Position numbers and translations under genes: made by a program
Assembly: GCA_002269645.1 (NCBI GenBank)
Contig: NIVC01001718.1
Location: 1 to 64,000 of the forward strand
DNA: 64,000 nt
From: Macrostomum lignano
Taxonomy: Eukaryota
Direction of reading: 5' to 3'
The notes under the pieces: generated by a model
Told to the model about the DNA's origin: nothing
The model's database searches: none
The model's input: only the letters and a program-made list of their open reading frames with translations
Shown: one piece after another, positions 1-12,700 of the stretch
Layout: each line of letters starts with the position of its first letter
How positions within the stretch are numbered: position 1 is the stretch's first letter

Positions 1-980
<980 letters not shown>

Positions 981-3900
981 TGTTCAGGTTGGATCTGCTG
1001 AAATTGACGAGATGGAGAATTATCGCTAGAATGGCAAGTAAACAAAAGCAATTATACCAGCTCAAAGTTGTGTGACTGACTCACTGTGGTTTTTCGGAGA
1101 AGAATTCGGTCGAATAAGCTCTGTTCGGTCGATTCGCTTGCTGGGATGCGTCAGGCAGGGGCGTCTCCGGCCGCGACCGAATCTTATAGAGAACTGGCGC
1201 GGGGAGGGGAGCCCTCTGTTTGGGGAGAGGATCAAGCGTAAGGGAATGGGAAAAACGACTGGGGGAGGGGTGGTTCCGATATCCGTTCCTCTGAGTCTCG
1301 TCTCCTCCTCCTGAAGCGAGAGAGCATAGCAGGCGGGAGGGAGTAGACCAAAGGTCTGAGTCATGTCCCGCTATCCGCTCTCCACGCTTATTTTCTGCTT
1401 CTGCCCGCACTCACACTCTCCCCCGTCTCCATTGCTCTGCTGTGCAGTTCAGCATAAACATTCTTCTCCGTTTGAGACCTGGACTGGGCTAATAAATCGA
1501 TACTCTTATTTAGCGGCCGATGCTGCTCGGGCTCTGGGTTGGGACTCGGTCGCAATCGGAGGAAAGAGTTGTAGGAGAAAAAAAGCGGGAATTCGGGGGG
1601 ACGAGCGGTGCGGGCTTTCTGGGTGGCTGGGCGGCTTTCCGACTCGTGGGCGAAGAGGAAAACGCGTGCGGGAGCGGAAGAGAGAGAGAGACGGGACAGG
1701 GGAGTTGAGCACTGCTCTGTCTGTCTGGCCATCGAGGGGAGCCGGGTGTGCTGCAGCTGGCTCAACTGTCTCGAGCACCCGTCGAGTCCATGCGTACCCT
1801 CCGCCAACCCCCCTAAACCCGGCCATTCGTTCATACTGTCGGGGAGTTCTGGATAGCAACATCTGGAGTGTTTTGAGGCTGTCTGGAAGACTCAAATTCA
1901 TCACCTGTCAATTTGATTTAAATAGTTGCCGGAATATGACACGACAGAATATCGCATCACAGTCGAATAGATGAGCCTTGATTTTAAATAATCGAGTCTA
2001 TCGAAAAAAAACTATACTGTTCACAGTTAGCTTCCACTCCAGGTAGCTTTAAACAAAAACTCCTTGTTCAAAGCAGCTGCCGTTGCATAAACAGCTTGGG
2101 GAGATATAAGAGTAGTTAAAGCCTATAGCGGCTCGAGGGTCGAGCCCAGAGGATTGCCTCACGCGCTTTGGCATGCGGGCGGCCAAAAATTCGAGTGCGC
2201 GGCGCGGGCCGAGGGCAAGTGCAGAAATCGATGCCAGCGACTTGCATTGACGGTGCGGTGCCTGTGTCTGCATGCCATTTGCATTCCTCTCTGCTCGATA
2301 ATGACGCTCTGTCAAATGGGCAGCAGCACGCTTGAGAGGGTGCTCACTGCTGCTCTATTGCTGCATACAGTATGAGTAAGGATTTAGGCGATTTGCAGTG
2401 TAACAACTACATGTATAAGTTATAGTGAATCATGAAATTCAGCATTTTCTATCGAGATTTCTGCATGCACATATACAATGCCATTTTTTGTCCTGACTTC
2501 AAGGATCGAGCAGTATACGTTCGTCGGGATGCCATGATTAATGCAAAGCAATGTTTAATTTATACATGTACTGTGTACGATTCTATATTGACAGCCAAAA
2601 TGAGCAAAATTTCCCTGTGCTTTTTATTAATGATTCATATGAGCGTATCAGCTTTACATGCATGCTTTTTGTGCACGGTCTCTGCTCATTATGATTTCGG
2701 GGTTCACGAAAAAACGGGTAAACCTTTTTATTTACATGTACAATTCGATTTATCAGAGTTAAAATTCTGCCATGCATTTACTCATATAATTGTTGTTTAT
2801 AATTAAGGTACAATTATATATTATATATGATTATAAAGGTTCTGCAGCCTGACAGCTTTAATGAAGCCACGACAGTCGGGTGCCTCTTGAAATTTAAATT
2901 TACATGCTCATATATGTCGTAGTCATTAGAGGCCAATATAAAATGCGTATATATATATTTTTTGAGCACCCACATCCTCTAATTTTGGTTTGTACATGTA
3001 TTAGTTTCGCGGTATTCAAATAAAATGGCTCATAAATCTTTAATTAGATATGTACAAAAGTGTCAGCAGGGATTGCTTAGGTATAAGAAACTCTTTTCTT
3101 AAGAGTTTGTTGGTATAAATAAATACAATACAATAAATAACTACTAAATAGTAGTATATACCATACAAAAGCCAAGGACGACTTAAGTCAAAAGACAAAA
3201 GCATGCAACTACTTAAAGTAAATGCACATGAATTACACTCTTTATGGCAAAAAGAATAAAAAACTGCAGTTTCAAGTTAAAAGTTTTTTGATTCTTGTAT
3301 CACTAAGTATCAATGCAAAAAATGCTTCGTTTTTTACGTACACAGTTCTTGGAAATATATCGTTTTAAAATACATAACATCCGAGTCGAAGTCTCGTGAA
3401 ATGTTTAGCAGCAGCAGACACTACCAGACTTAAGGGCTCTAAGAGCTCCAAACTAAAGCTGTTCTAGTCTTTTTATTTTGACTTAATACGTCTGGCTGGG
3501 GTTAGAATTACAGTACCTGCAGTTGCAGATACAGAGTGAAAAAGAAATTTAAGTTATTCTTGTGGCATTATTAATGAGATAATGGCTTCTAGACGGGAAA
3601 GAGAAATGCGAAAAGAGATCGATGAGGTAAGAAAAATCTTTCAATGGGCTTTGTATATATGACCACAAAAATACAGAGCCAGACTTCCAGTAGCTGATCT
3701 TAAAATATGTTCTGGCCTGTTATCATATCTAGGCCCTAGTGTTGTGAAAAAAGAGCAAAAAAATCATAAATAACTTATTAGTTTTTATTTAAATTATTTG
3801 CTTTTAATTAATGCTCTATACTTTTTTATTTGCTTTTTATTATTACACTTAAAATAAAAAATTAAAGCTTATGCCTTATGCTTTCTTCTATTTTTGCTTC

Positions 3901-3993
3901 AACATACATGCACAACAGTCAGCCGATCCAGCCAACTGATTTGGTGGCCAACCAAGGTAAGTCACAAAAATGCCCACCTGAATAAATATCAAA

Positions 3994-5212
3994 GTAGTGC
4001 TAAGTAGATAACGAGGCATATTGCCTTAATAAAACAGTCATAGTTACTCCTGCCGGCTTCTTTTACATGCCATAGTCAGGAAGGTGTCCAGTGTATGCAG
4101 GAACTAATTCTGGGCAAAATTAAGCCTGTACGCCAATGTGCGCCAATTTTTTTAGCTTCATTTCCCAGCATGGAATTCTTGCATCTGGCATATAAAATGG
4201 AAAATTGCGACTTTTTTCGGTGCGCAATTCCATATTGAACCAAACGCAATTTTACAATCTTTAACAAAATTTAGTGGTGCAATTTTTAGCATTACCAATT
4301 GTCAAAATAATGTTTTGTGATAGTGTTATACTAGCATTTTTTGACGGCTCGTTACAATAAATATTAAACTGATTATCTTTGTTTTTTTAAGTAGAGAATT
4401 TTAAATTTGAACAGTTTGTAAATAACGAACTACAAATGTTACGTTTTTGTAGTAATTCTAGATTTAATACAGTAAAGTCAGTAATTTATAAATTTAAACT
4501 GTGTAAACAGTCACAAAATAATTTGCAATTTTTGTCGCATTTCTTGCAGCCCGTACAGGTGCGCAATTTTTTTTGAGTTGCGCAATTTTTCGCAATTTTT
4601 TTCCTGAACGCAAAAATGCGTTGCAATTTTCATGCAAGAATTCCATCCTGGTTCATTTTGAACATTACGCTGTACGCTGAAGTCCTTTTTCTGTATCATT
4701 TTTCCACACTTTATTGCACGCAACAATTTAAAAAATTGAAAACAGAAACAAATAAAGCAATTCTTTTTTCACAAAAGTGCAAAATAACAATCTTTAGTAA
4801 TAGTTTTCCATTATCTGCTTAGCTTACTTTTTATTATTCTTTCATTTTTCAATGGCCATAAATCAGCAAAGACATACGATACAATGCAAATGAGATTAAA
4901 TATGATTTGTAAAAAAGGTCACAGTGCTTGCTTATGTACGGTACACGCGACAGTGGTTATGATGCCACACTCTGGTACGCCAATTTTGTCGTTCTGTTGT
5001 GTGTATGCAGATACGCAGATACACTAGTTTTCTGAAGATCTATACGCCAAAACTGATTCTAATGGCCAAGTATACGCAGGAATATTCCTACGTATGGACA
5101 CCTTCCTGACTATGGTTTATATGTAAGTTGCATTTTTGGCCAAAAAATACGTTGCATTTATGTTAAAACTAAGTCGCACGGCCGACGAATTTTGGAGGTT
5201 GCACATGTATGT
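3994..5212. mobile_element. ~1.2-kb copy of an unclassified repeat that starts with an antisense 28S rRNA fragment
   Basis: Shares both ends with the insertion at 7044-7220: left GTAGT(G/A)CTAA(G/T)TAGAT.. followed by antisense 28S, right GTAAGT(T/C)GCATTTTTGG..GGTTGC(A/G)CATGTATGT. Confidence 0.55.
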
Positions 5213-5446
5213 GCTTCAATATTCAATAAATCAAAATGTTAAAATAGAAAAATTTAATGGAATTTCTAACAAATCAAGTCAACAATATAAAAGAATTTTT
5301 AACATTTGTCTTTTTTCTTTTTTTGTATTTAGATGATTTTCTTGTCTTTTATTTTTTTGCAAATGATATTTAATGAAATTTGAGTAATCATTAGCAATAG
5401 GCCTATTAAGCCTTATGGCAATTATCAAGTTCTATTTGTCATACAA

Positions 5447-5617
5447 GTGCAACCTTGGAAATCGCTTGGCCATTTCTATTAGCAACATATACAATTAAAA
5501 TGTAAATGTAAATTGCTAATGGCTACAAGTAGTCATGTGACTATTATTCCATCCAGTGACTTATATCTTATATGTATATTGCCAATAGAAATGGCTAGGT
5601 TAATCCCTAGGTTGCAC
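5447..5617. mobile_element. Small MITE-like palindromic element
   Basis: About 45-bp imperfect inverted repeats, GTGCAACC..GCCATTTCTATTAGCAA and TTGCCAATAGAAATGGC..GGTTGCAC. Confidence 0.6.
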
Positions 5618-5630
5618 CCAAGCATGCTAT

Positions 5631-6215
5631 TTGTTAAATTATTTTGACTCTAGAAAAGTATAGTACAAACTATTTTAAGTACAAATAGCTATTTTTAAGA
5701 TATTTAAGTTTAATCAAGCATTAATTTATTGTTTCAAAACTTGTTATAATATATCTAGTACCCAAAAACTACAATAGTCTATGGTCAAACTACCAACAAA
5801 CAGCAAAAGCTTTACATGCTATAGTACTAGGAAATCTATAATAGGATATTCCTAAATGGCTTCACTAGGTTTAGTTAATACTACAATTCTTCTAAATATG
5901 TTTCACATAGGGCTTGTGAAATCCCATGCATGGCACATAGCATAGCCTTGCTAAATTTAGGACTTTACTTTTAGTCATTTGTTATTTATCAAATTGTTAA
6001 AGATCATTGATATTTAGACTTGACCATAGACCTTTTTCAAGTTGAAAAATGTTCAAATGTTCTGGCTATAGACTATTGCAGCTTTCCAGGGTCAGATATA
6101 TAACAAGTTTTGAAGCATTGAATTAGTGCTCAATCAGGCTTAAGTCTCTTAAAAGTTTTATTTGTACTTAAAATAGTTTGTAGATTACTTTTTTGGATTC
6201 AAAATAATTTAACAA
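5631..6215. mobile_element. Foldback/MITE element with long terminal inverted repeats
   Basis: 5631-~5790 is the imperfect reverse complement of ~6060-6215, including the shared core TACAAACTATTTTAAGTACAAATA. Confidence 0.7.
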
Positions 6216-6241
6216 ACAAAACTTGACAATTGCCAACCTTA

Positions 6242-7727
6242 TACAAGGGTCACTCAGAAAGTTCTTAGCCTAAACAAGAAAACCGCAACAAATGAACTAA
6301 AAAATGACTATAAGTGCTCAAAATACTCTCCACTAGCATTGATATAGGCTTGCATCCTGTGAAACTAGCTGTAAAAGCACTGCCACTATCTTCATCCCAG
6401 AGCTCCTCAATGATGTTTTTGAACTCATTTACAGCTTTTTCTAGTAAAGAAAAAACCTGATGCTTCAAAATCTCCTTGCACTTTGGAAACAGAAAAAAGT
6501 TGCATATCTAGATAGTGCTAAGTCTGGACTATATGCAGGGTGAGTCATCAGCTAGGCCCCACAGTCAGCCAGAAACTCAAGAGTCTGAGCCGCTGTGTGT
6601 GCTCTAGTGTTGTCATGGTGCAGAAGCACCCCATACATTCCAACCTTGGGCACCTCTGGCTCACAGCAAAAAAGACTTTGGGCAGGCAAACCATTGTATA
6701 CCAATCAGCGGTGACTGTGGCAATCTTCAAGTAAAACAGAAGCCACATTCCCAGTGTGTATGAAGAAACAGGCCACCATCTGCTTGCCAACACTCCGGCT
6801 GCATCAAAACTTGGTGGGGCTGTCCTTGTCTCCAAAGGTCTATTGCTGACTAGCGCTTGCTTTCGGGTCATATTGATAAATCCAGGTCTTATCGCCTGTA
6901 GAGATGTTCCAGATATGCCAGCTGGTCCCAGATTCAAATTTCTACAGCATGAATTGGCACCATGCCACCAAGCCACCCTGGTGTCCTTTTGCATGTCAGA
7001 CTGCGTATGGGGGATCCACTGGGAAGCCAGCTTCCATACAGATGTAGTACTAATTAGATGACGAGGAATTTAGCCCTTATAAGAGAGTCATAGTTACTCC
7101 GGCTGTTTACCCAAAATTGCATTAATGTTGCTCTAGGGTTTCTTTCACAGGTAAGTCGCATTTTTGGTCAAAAAGTAAGTCGCATGGCCAGTGTAAATCA
7201 GGGGGGTTGCGCATGTATGTTTGTACAGAATGGCGTGCACACTCCCCAATCCAATACCAATCTCCTGCTAGATCTGCTGGTAGGTCACTCGCCAAGCAGC
7301 AGCAATCATGCTGGACACAGTGCAGATATTTTCTAGAGTCACTGCATCACAAGGTCTCCCGGATCGATGTTCATCTTTGAGGCTTTCTCGACCTTGGCAA
7401 AACTCAGCAAACCAGTTTTTGATGGTTGTATATGAAGGACATGGATAGGTGAAAACATTCTGTAAAGTTTGATATGAATTGGCTGGCGACTTGACTTGCT
7501 TGAAGTGCAAGTACATCATTGCTCTGAAGTCACAATTTTCCAGCTTCATTTTTTAATTGAAGGGGGTGAACTGACTTTAACTCGCTGCAGTGGACTCAAA
7601 AGTGGCTGCTTCTATTTAAAATTTTGTTGCAATACTTTTTAAAGTTGGTCTTCACCATAGACAAATTTCATGCTTCTATGTCTCGTGGATCCTACTTAGG
7701 CTAAAGACTTTCTAAGTGACCCTCATA
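6242..7727 (-). mobile_element. Decayed full-length mariner (Tc1/mariner) DNA transposon with transposase pseudogene ~7549-6310
   Basis: About 32-bp TIRs (TACAAGGGTCACTCAGAAAGTTCTTAGCCTAA and revcomp TATGAGGGTCACTTAGAAAGTCTTTAGCCTAA) flanked by TA. Motifs in order: N-terminal HTH (NWFAEFCQGRESLKDEHRSGRP), WIPH, TGDKTW, HDN, HPAYSPDLA, C-terminal GEYFE. Length is about 1.31 kb once the 175-bp insertion is removed. Contains stops and frameshifts. Confidence 0.92.
7044..7220. mobile_element. ~175-bp internally deleted copy of the 28S-fragment repeat, inserted in the mariner transposase
   Basis: The transposase reads ILYKH on one side and resumes HL..LASQWIPH on the other; ATGT is duplicated at the junctions. 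The reverse complement of 7046-7112 is GGGTAAACAGCCGGAGTAACTATGACTCTCTTATAAGGGCTAAATTCCTCGTCATCTAATTAGT, close to the conserved eukaryotic 28S segment. Confidence 0.75.
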
Positions 7728-8528
7728 TATTTGATTAATAATCCTAGCCTTAATTGTGCCATAGTCTTGAAGATTTTCTATGCATGCCACAATACTTTTT
7801 GACTCTGCATGTAGCATGCCGAAATTATTTAGAAATCTCATGTGAACTACATGCCACGTGCCAAGGGCCTCATCTGCATTGGGCACCACATGTGAAGCGT
7901 TGACCAGGGGGGGGGCAAAGTTGAAAGCAAAAATGCACTCATATTTTAAAGAGCACTTTGCTTACATAAAAGCAGTGAAGCCTGTTTAAACAAATTAAAT
8001 TCTTTTTCATAGATTGAATTACTTTTTTTTGTCTTTTTGTAAAAAGTTGCAAAAAGTATTATATTACAATGATTTTAAAAAAATTATAACAAATATTGAA
8101 AAAGATTTTAATTAAGACATTACTGTTTACAAATTTCCATGGTCTAGCCAAATCCAAACCTCTGTTAGAGTCCTTCTATAGCTATAGTTATAGGAATATA
8201 TATATTATTTCCTAGATAGAACAATAAAAAATTAATAATGCCTCTGTCAAAGCTTTTATAAGGGGAACTCTCGAGTCCCTAGGGTTGAAGACTTAAGCAA
8301 AAGATTTGTGACTCTGCATACACATTGTGTGGATACTGGATAGAGTGGTAGGTGCTAAAGTTAAGATAAATGTTTTTATTTTCAATGTAACCCTTTAGTC
8401 TTATATCCCTGGGGTTGGGGACTAAAGCAATCGAAATTTTCAATGTTATGTGCACATTGTGGTTTGGGTGATAGGGGCTAAAGTTTAATATAGTCCTAGC
8501 CAGAAGTTACAAGAAATTAATTAGCTAT

Positions 8529-9500
8529 TATAGTGATCCACTAGTTGGTGTTAGGCGTCGCACTTTGTCAGCAGTCGCCCTTGCCTTCGCCCTCGCCCTG
8601 GGTTGCTGTCTGCCGCTGGTCAGCTTCCCGCCTCCCTCCTTTTGTCTGTCTGTTGCTGCTCCCTATCGTTTTGCCCGTTTTGCCCCTTCGTTTCTCAGCC
8701 CTCAGCTTCTCTGCTGTGGGCTGTCGCTGTTTCGTCAGTCTTGGTTTCCCTGCCATGTGAGCTAGTCACATGACAGATCTCTCGTTCTTTGAGTCCTAAA
8801 GTGCAGTAAACAAGTTTACTGCACTCGCTGGTCCTGTTTACTGGGAGAGTCACGTGCTTTCGGTCCCCTCCCTTCTCTAAGGAGAGGAGTGATTCATGTT
8901 GCTAAAAATAGCAACTGAGTCACAGCCGCGTGTACTTCTGCCCGGAGGCCATGAGTGACGTCAGTTCTAAAAATAGAACGAGTCACGAGATCTTGTGCAA
9001 TGGGACAGAGGTGAATCCCGCGCTATAAATAAGGACCCCTCTCCCCTTGTTTCCGTCAAGGAGTTTTCAGTTATCAGTATTTGTAGCCGAGTTCCTGAGA
9101 TTCTGACTATTCGTCTTCGGAATCTTCTTCTTGTCTAGTTTTCCAGACTTCGTTCAGTTGCCCATTTAAGCTATCACCAATTGACCTGACTAAAACTTAG
9201 ACGCCCAAGCCTAAGGGAGGCTAACACTGCCTTCCCAGCCACCCCTGAGCCCGGCGGGGATCTGCTGATCAGGACGCCTTGTTCATTAATCTGCAAATCT
9301 GCACGCTGTGCTGAGTTCGTTGACTTGTTTATTTTCGTTCCGACGGGAAGCTCACTTCACCGAAGGCCGAGACCTGAAGGAACTGGTGGCAGCACTACCT
9401 ACGCTACTGAGAGAGTTAAGAAGGCTTCCGAGTGAGAAGACGGAGAGCCCAAATCACTGAGCGGGACAGCGTGACAACCCGAGACACCACAAGTACTTCA
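8529..9500 (+). mobile_element. Solo LTR of a subfamily related to Gypsy element A
   Basis: Alignable along most of its length to LTR 18665-19603. Starts TATAGTGA (cf. TGTAGTGA) and ends ..ACTTCA. 4-bp TSD CTAT at 8525-8528 and 9501-9504. TATA at 9024. Confidence 0.88.
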
Positions 9501-9701
9501 CTATGGATATAGATAGGCTACACAGGAAATAAATATGATATGACTACGGATATAGAAAGTTATGATTATGGCAGGACTCTAAGAGATATGCCATGGCCCC
9601 CATATGCCAGAAACCTAGGTTTTGAATATATAATCTGTTCTGTTGATTTCTCTGTTGTCATAGCAACATAGCTGTACTAATAAGAAAAAAATTCCAAAAA
9701 T

Positions 9702-12700
9702 ATGGTAAGGCCTCTATTTAACCATCTACTATTTTTTATCTCCTTTTTTAGACATTTCGGCCACTGTTTGAGAAGGTAAATTATTATTTTTTAATGGCCG
9801 TACAGCTAACTTTTGTTATAGAATGTGATATAATAGACTGTGTGAAGTCTGGGACTTGTTACGTTTAAGGCTTCTTCTGTGAAGGCTTGTGTGAGGTTTG
9901 GGGCCTGTGTGATGTCTGAATTTGTGTGAACTTTCGGACTTATGAAGTTGCGAGCTTGTTTAATGCTGTCTGTCCTTCCCTGACCCAACCCCCAGCCATC
10001 ACTCCATTGTGCACCAGCCAATAACGCATACTTCCAAATTAATCTCCCATAGTACGAAGCCGACCCAGGCAATAGCGAAGGCGTGCCGTTGCAGCAGCTG
10101 TCCCAGCAGTTGCAGCAGTCCAGCACTTTGCCACGCATGCGAATCAACGCCATGCTGCGCACAGCCGACGCCGATAGGAACAATCGGATCACCTACGAGG
10201 AGTTCGTCGTGGAGATGACCAGAACCGACGATGCCACCAGACAGAGAATGGGCGTCGGCAGGCGGATGTTCAATCGGGCGGTGATGTCCGCGGTGCCGGG
10301 CCTCCGGCCCCGGGTGGTGGTCACCGCCGACGCGCCCGATTTTATGACTTGGACAGACGAAGGCGATCTGGAATCTTTTGTTGACGCCTACGATTGTAAA
10401 CCGCCGCCAATATTTATACCGCTGGTGACGCTGGTTGAGATTGGAGTGTTTCTGTACTATGCTTTGCATCCGGACTACAAGGACATGTGAGGCCTATTGG
10501 CGTCGGAGTTAGTGATAGAATAGAATAACTGATAGAATCTCAGATATAATGCTCATCATTTTTCATAGGCGTAGGAACGGGAGGGGACACGGCCATGGCC
10601 CCCCACTTTTTAAATGCCAAATGTTGACTTTTTGCTTATTTTTTACTCCTATTTCTGGTTTTTGCTGCTTTGCATGAATGCATTTTGCTGCAGGACGACA
10701 AAACATAGCGCCAAAATGAGTGCCTGCGGCGCCAAAATGAGTGCCTGCAGCGCCAAAATCAGTGCCTGCGGCGCCAACATGAGTGCCTGCGGCGCCAACA
10801 TGAGTGCCTGCAGCGCCAACATGAGTGCCTGCGGCGCCAACATGAGTGCCTGCGGCGCCAAAATGAGTGTCTGTGGCGCCAACATGAGTGCCTGCAGCAC
10901 CAAAATGAGTGCCTGCGGCGCCAAAATGAGTGCCTGCAGCGCCAAAATCAGTGCCTGCGGCGCCAACATGAGTGCCTGCGGCGCCAACATGAGTGCCTGC
11001 AGCGCCAACATGAGTGCCTGCGGCGCCAACATGAGTGCCTGCGGCGCCAAAATGAGTGTCTGTGGCGCCAACATGAGTGCCTGCAGCACCAAAATGAGTG
11101 CCTGCGGCGCCAAAATGAGTGCCTGCAGCGCCAAAATCAGTGCCTGCGGCGCCAAAATGAGTGCTGCGGCGCCAACACAAGTGCCTGCGGCGCCAAAATG
11201 AGTGCCTGCGCCGCCAAACTGAATGCTGACAACACCAATTCTGAAAATAATCGGTACATGATAATGTGCATTTCCCATATAAAAAATAATAAAAATCTTA
11301 CTCGACGGGGGGGGGGCGCCTTGTGCGCCCCCCCCCTAAATCCGCCACTGAACCCGCCCCCCCCACTTTTTGAAACGTTCCTACGCCTATGCCATTTTTA
11401 AAGGTATCCAGTCACTGCCTCGTCCGGCTGCCCAATGGACTCGCCGCTAATTTACCATCCGCACCGGCGCTGGGAGGCGTGGCGTTTTGTCAGCTACATG
11501 CTGCTGCACAATGGCTACATTCACTTGATCTTTAACTGCTTCTTCCAGGTAAGCATTGAAGTCTGAGCTTTGATAGTTTCTGGCCAACCGTAAAACTAAC
11601 ATAAACATCTTTGTCTCCACTTTCAGCTCGTCCTCGGCACTCTGCTAGAGCTGGTGCACAAGTTCTGGCGCGTCGGATTGGTGTACCTGCTAGGAGTTAT
11701 CGCCGGCTCATTAGCCAGTTCGTGCTTCGATTCGCGAACCTACCTGGCTGGCGCATCGGGCGGTTGCTACGCTTTGATTGGCGCCCATTTTGCCAACGTG
11801 ATGATGAACTGGGAGGAGATGCAGTTTGATTGGCTGAAGAGTCCCATTAGTTTTATTGGCAGCGGTGTGGTCAGGCTGTCCATCCTGCTGCTGTTGGCTG
11901 GCGGGGATACCGGATTGGCCGTGTACAGTCGGTACACCTCTGCGCCCGCTTCTAGGACCAGCTTTGCTGCCCACGGCGGCGGCTTTCTGGCTGGTGAGGA
12001 TCTCGCTTTATCTAATGATTTATGAGTATGAGGCGGCTCAAGATGTCCCATGCTCAAGACTTCATAGGCTCAACCTGTCCCATGCTCAAGACTTCATAGG
12101 CTCAACCTGTCCCATGCTCAAGACTTCATAGGCTCAACCTGTCCCATGCTCAAGACTTCATAGGCTCAACCTGTCACATGCTCAAACCTTCATAGACTCA
12201 GCCTGTCACATGCTCAAACCTTCATAAGGTTAACCTGTCACATGCTCAAACCTTCATAAGCTCAACCTGTCACATGCTCAAACCTTCATAAGCTCAACCT
12301 GTCGCATGCTTAAACCTTCATAAGCTCAACCTGTCACATGCTCAAATCTTCATAAGCTCAACCTGTCACATGCTCAAACCTTCATAGACTCAGCCTGTCA
12401 CATGCTCAAATCTTCATAAGGTTAACCTGTCACATGCTCAAATCTTCATAAGCTCAACCTGTCACATGCTCAAACCTTCATAGACTCAGCCTGTCACATG
12501 CTCAAACCTTCATAAGCTCAACCTGTCGCATGCTCAAACCTTCATAAGCTCAACCTGTCACATGCTCAAACCTTCATAGACTCAGCCTGTCACATGCTCA
12601 AACCTTCATAAGCTCAACCTGTCGCATGCTCAAATCTTCATAAGGTTAACCTGTCCCATGCTCAAGTTTTCGGAAGTTCAAATAGACAGTAGAGGCCTAT

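Noticed and set aside
1062-2375. Several 70-200-aa ORFs upstream of tubulin, including a Cys-rich 73-aa ORF at 2154
   Set aside because: No recognisable motif, no consistent splice framework, and overlapping ORFs on both strands.
7044-7121. rRNA gene call
   Set aside because: Only about 65 nt, diverged and embedded in a repeat; reported as a captured fragment instead.
10563-11278. ORFs of about 200 aa on both strands (AAGTHFG, AKMSACG, ALILAPQ repeats)
   Set aside because: They are translations of a stop-free 21-bp minisatellite inside a MITE within an intron.
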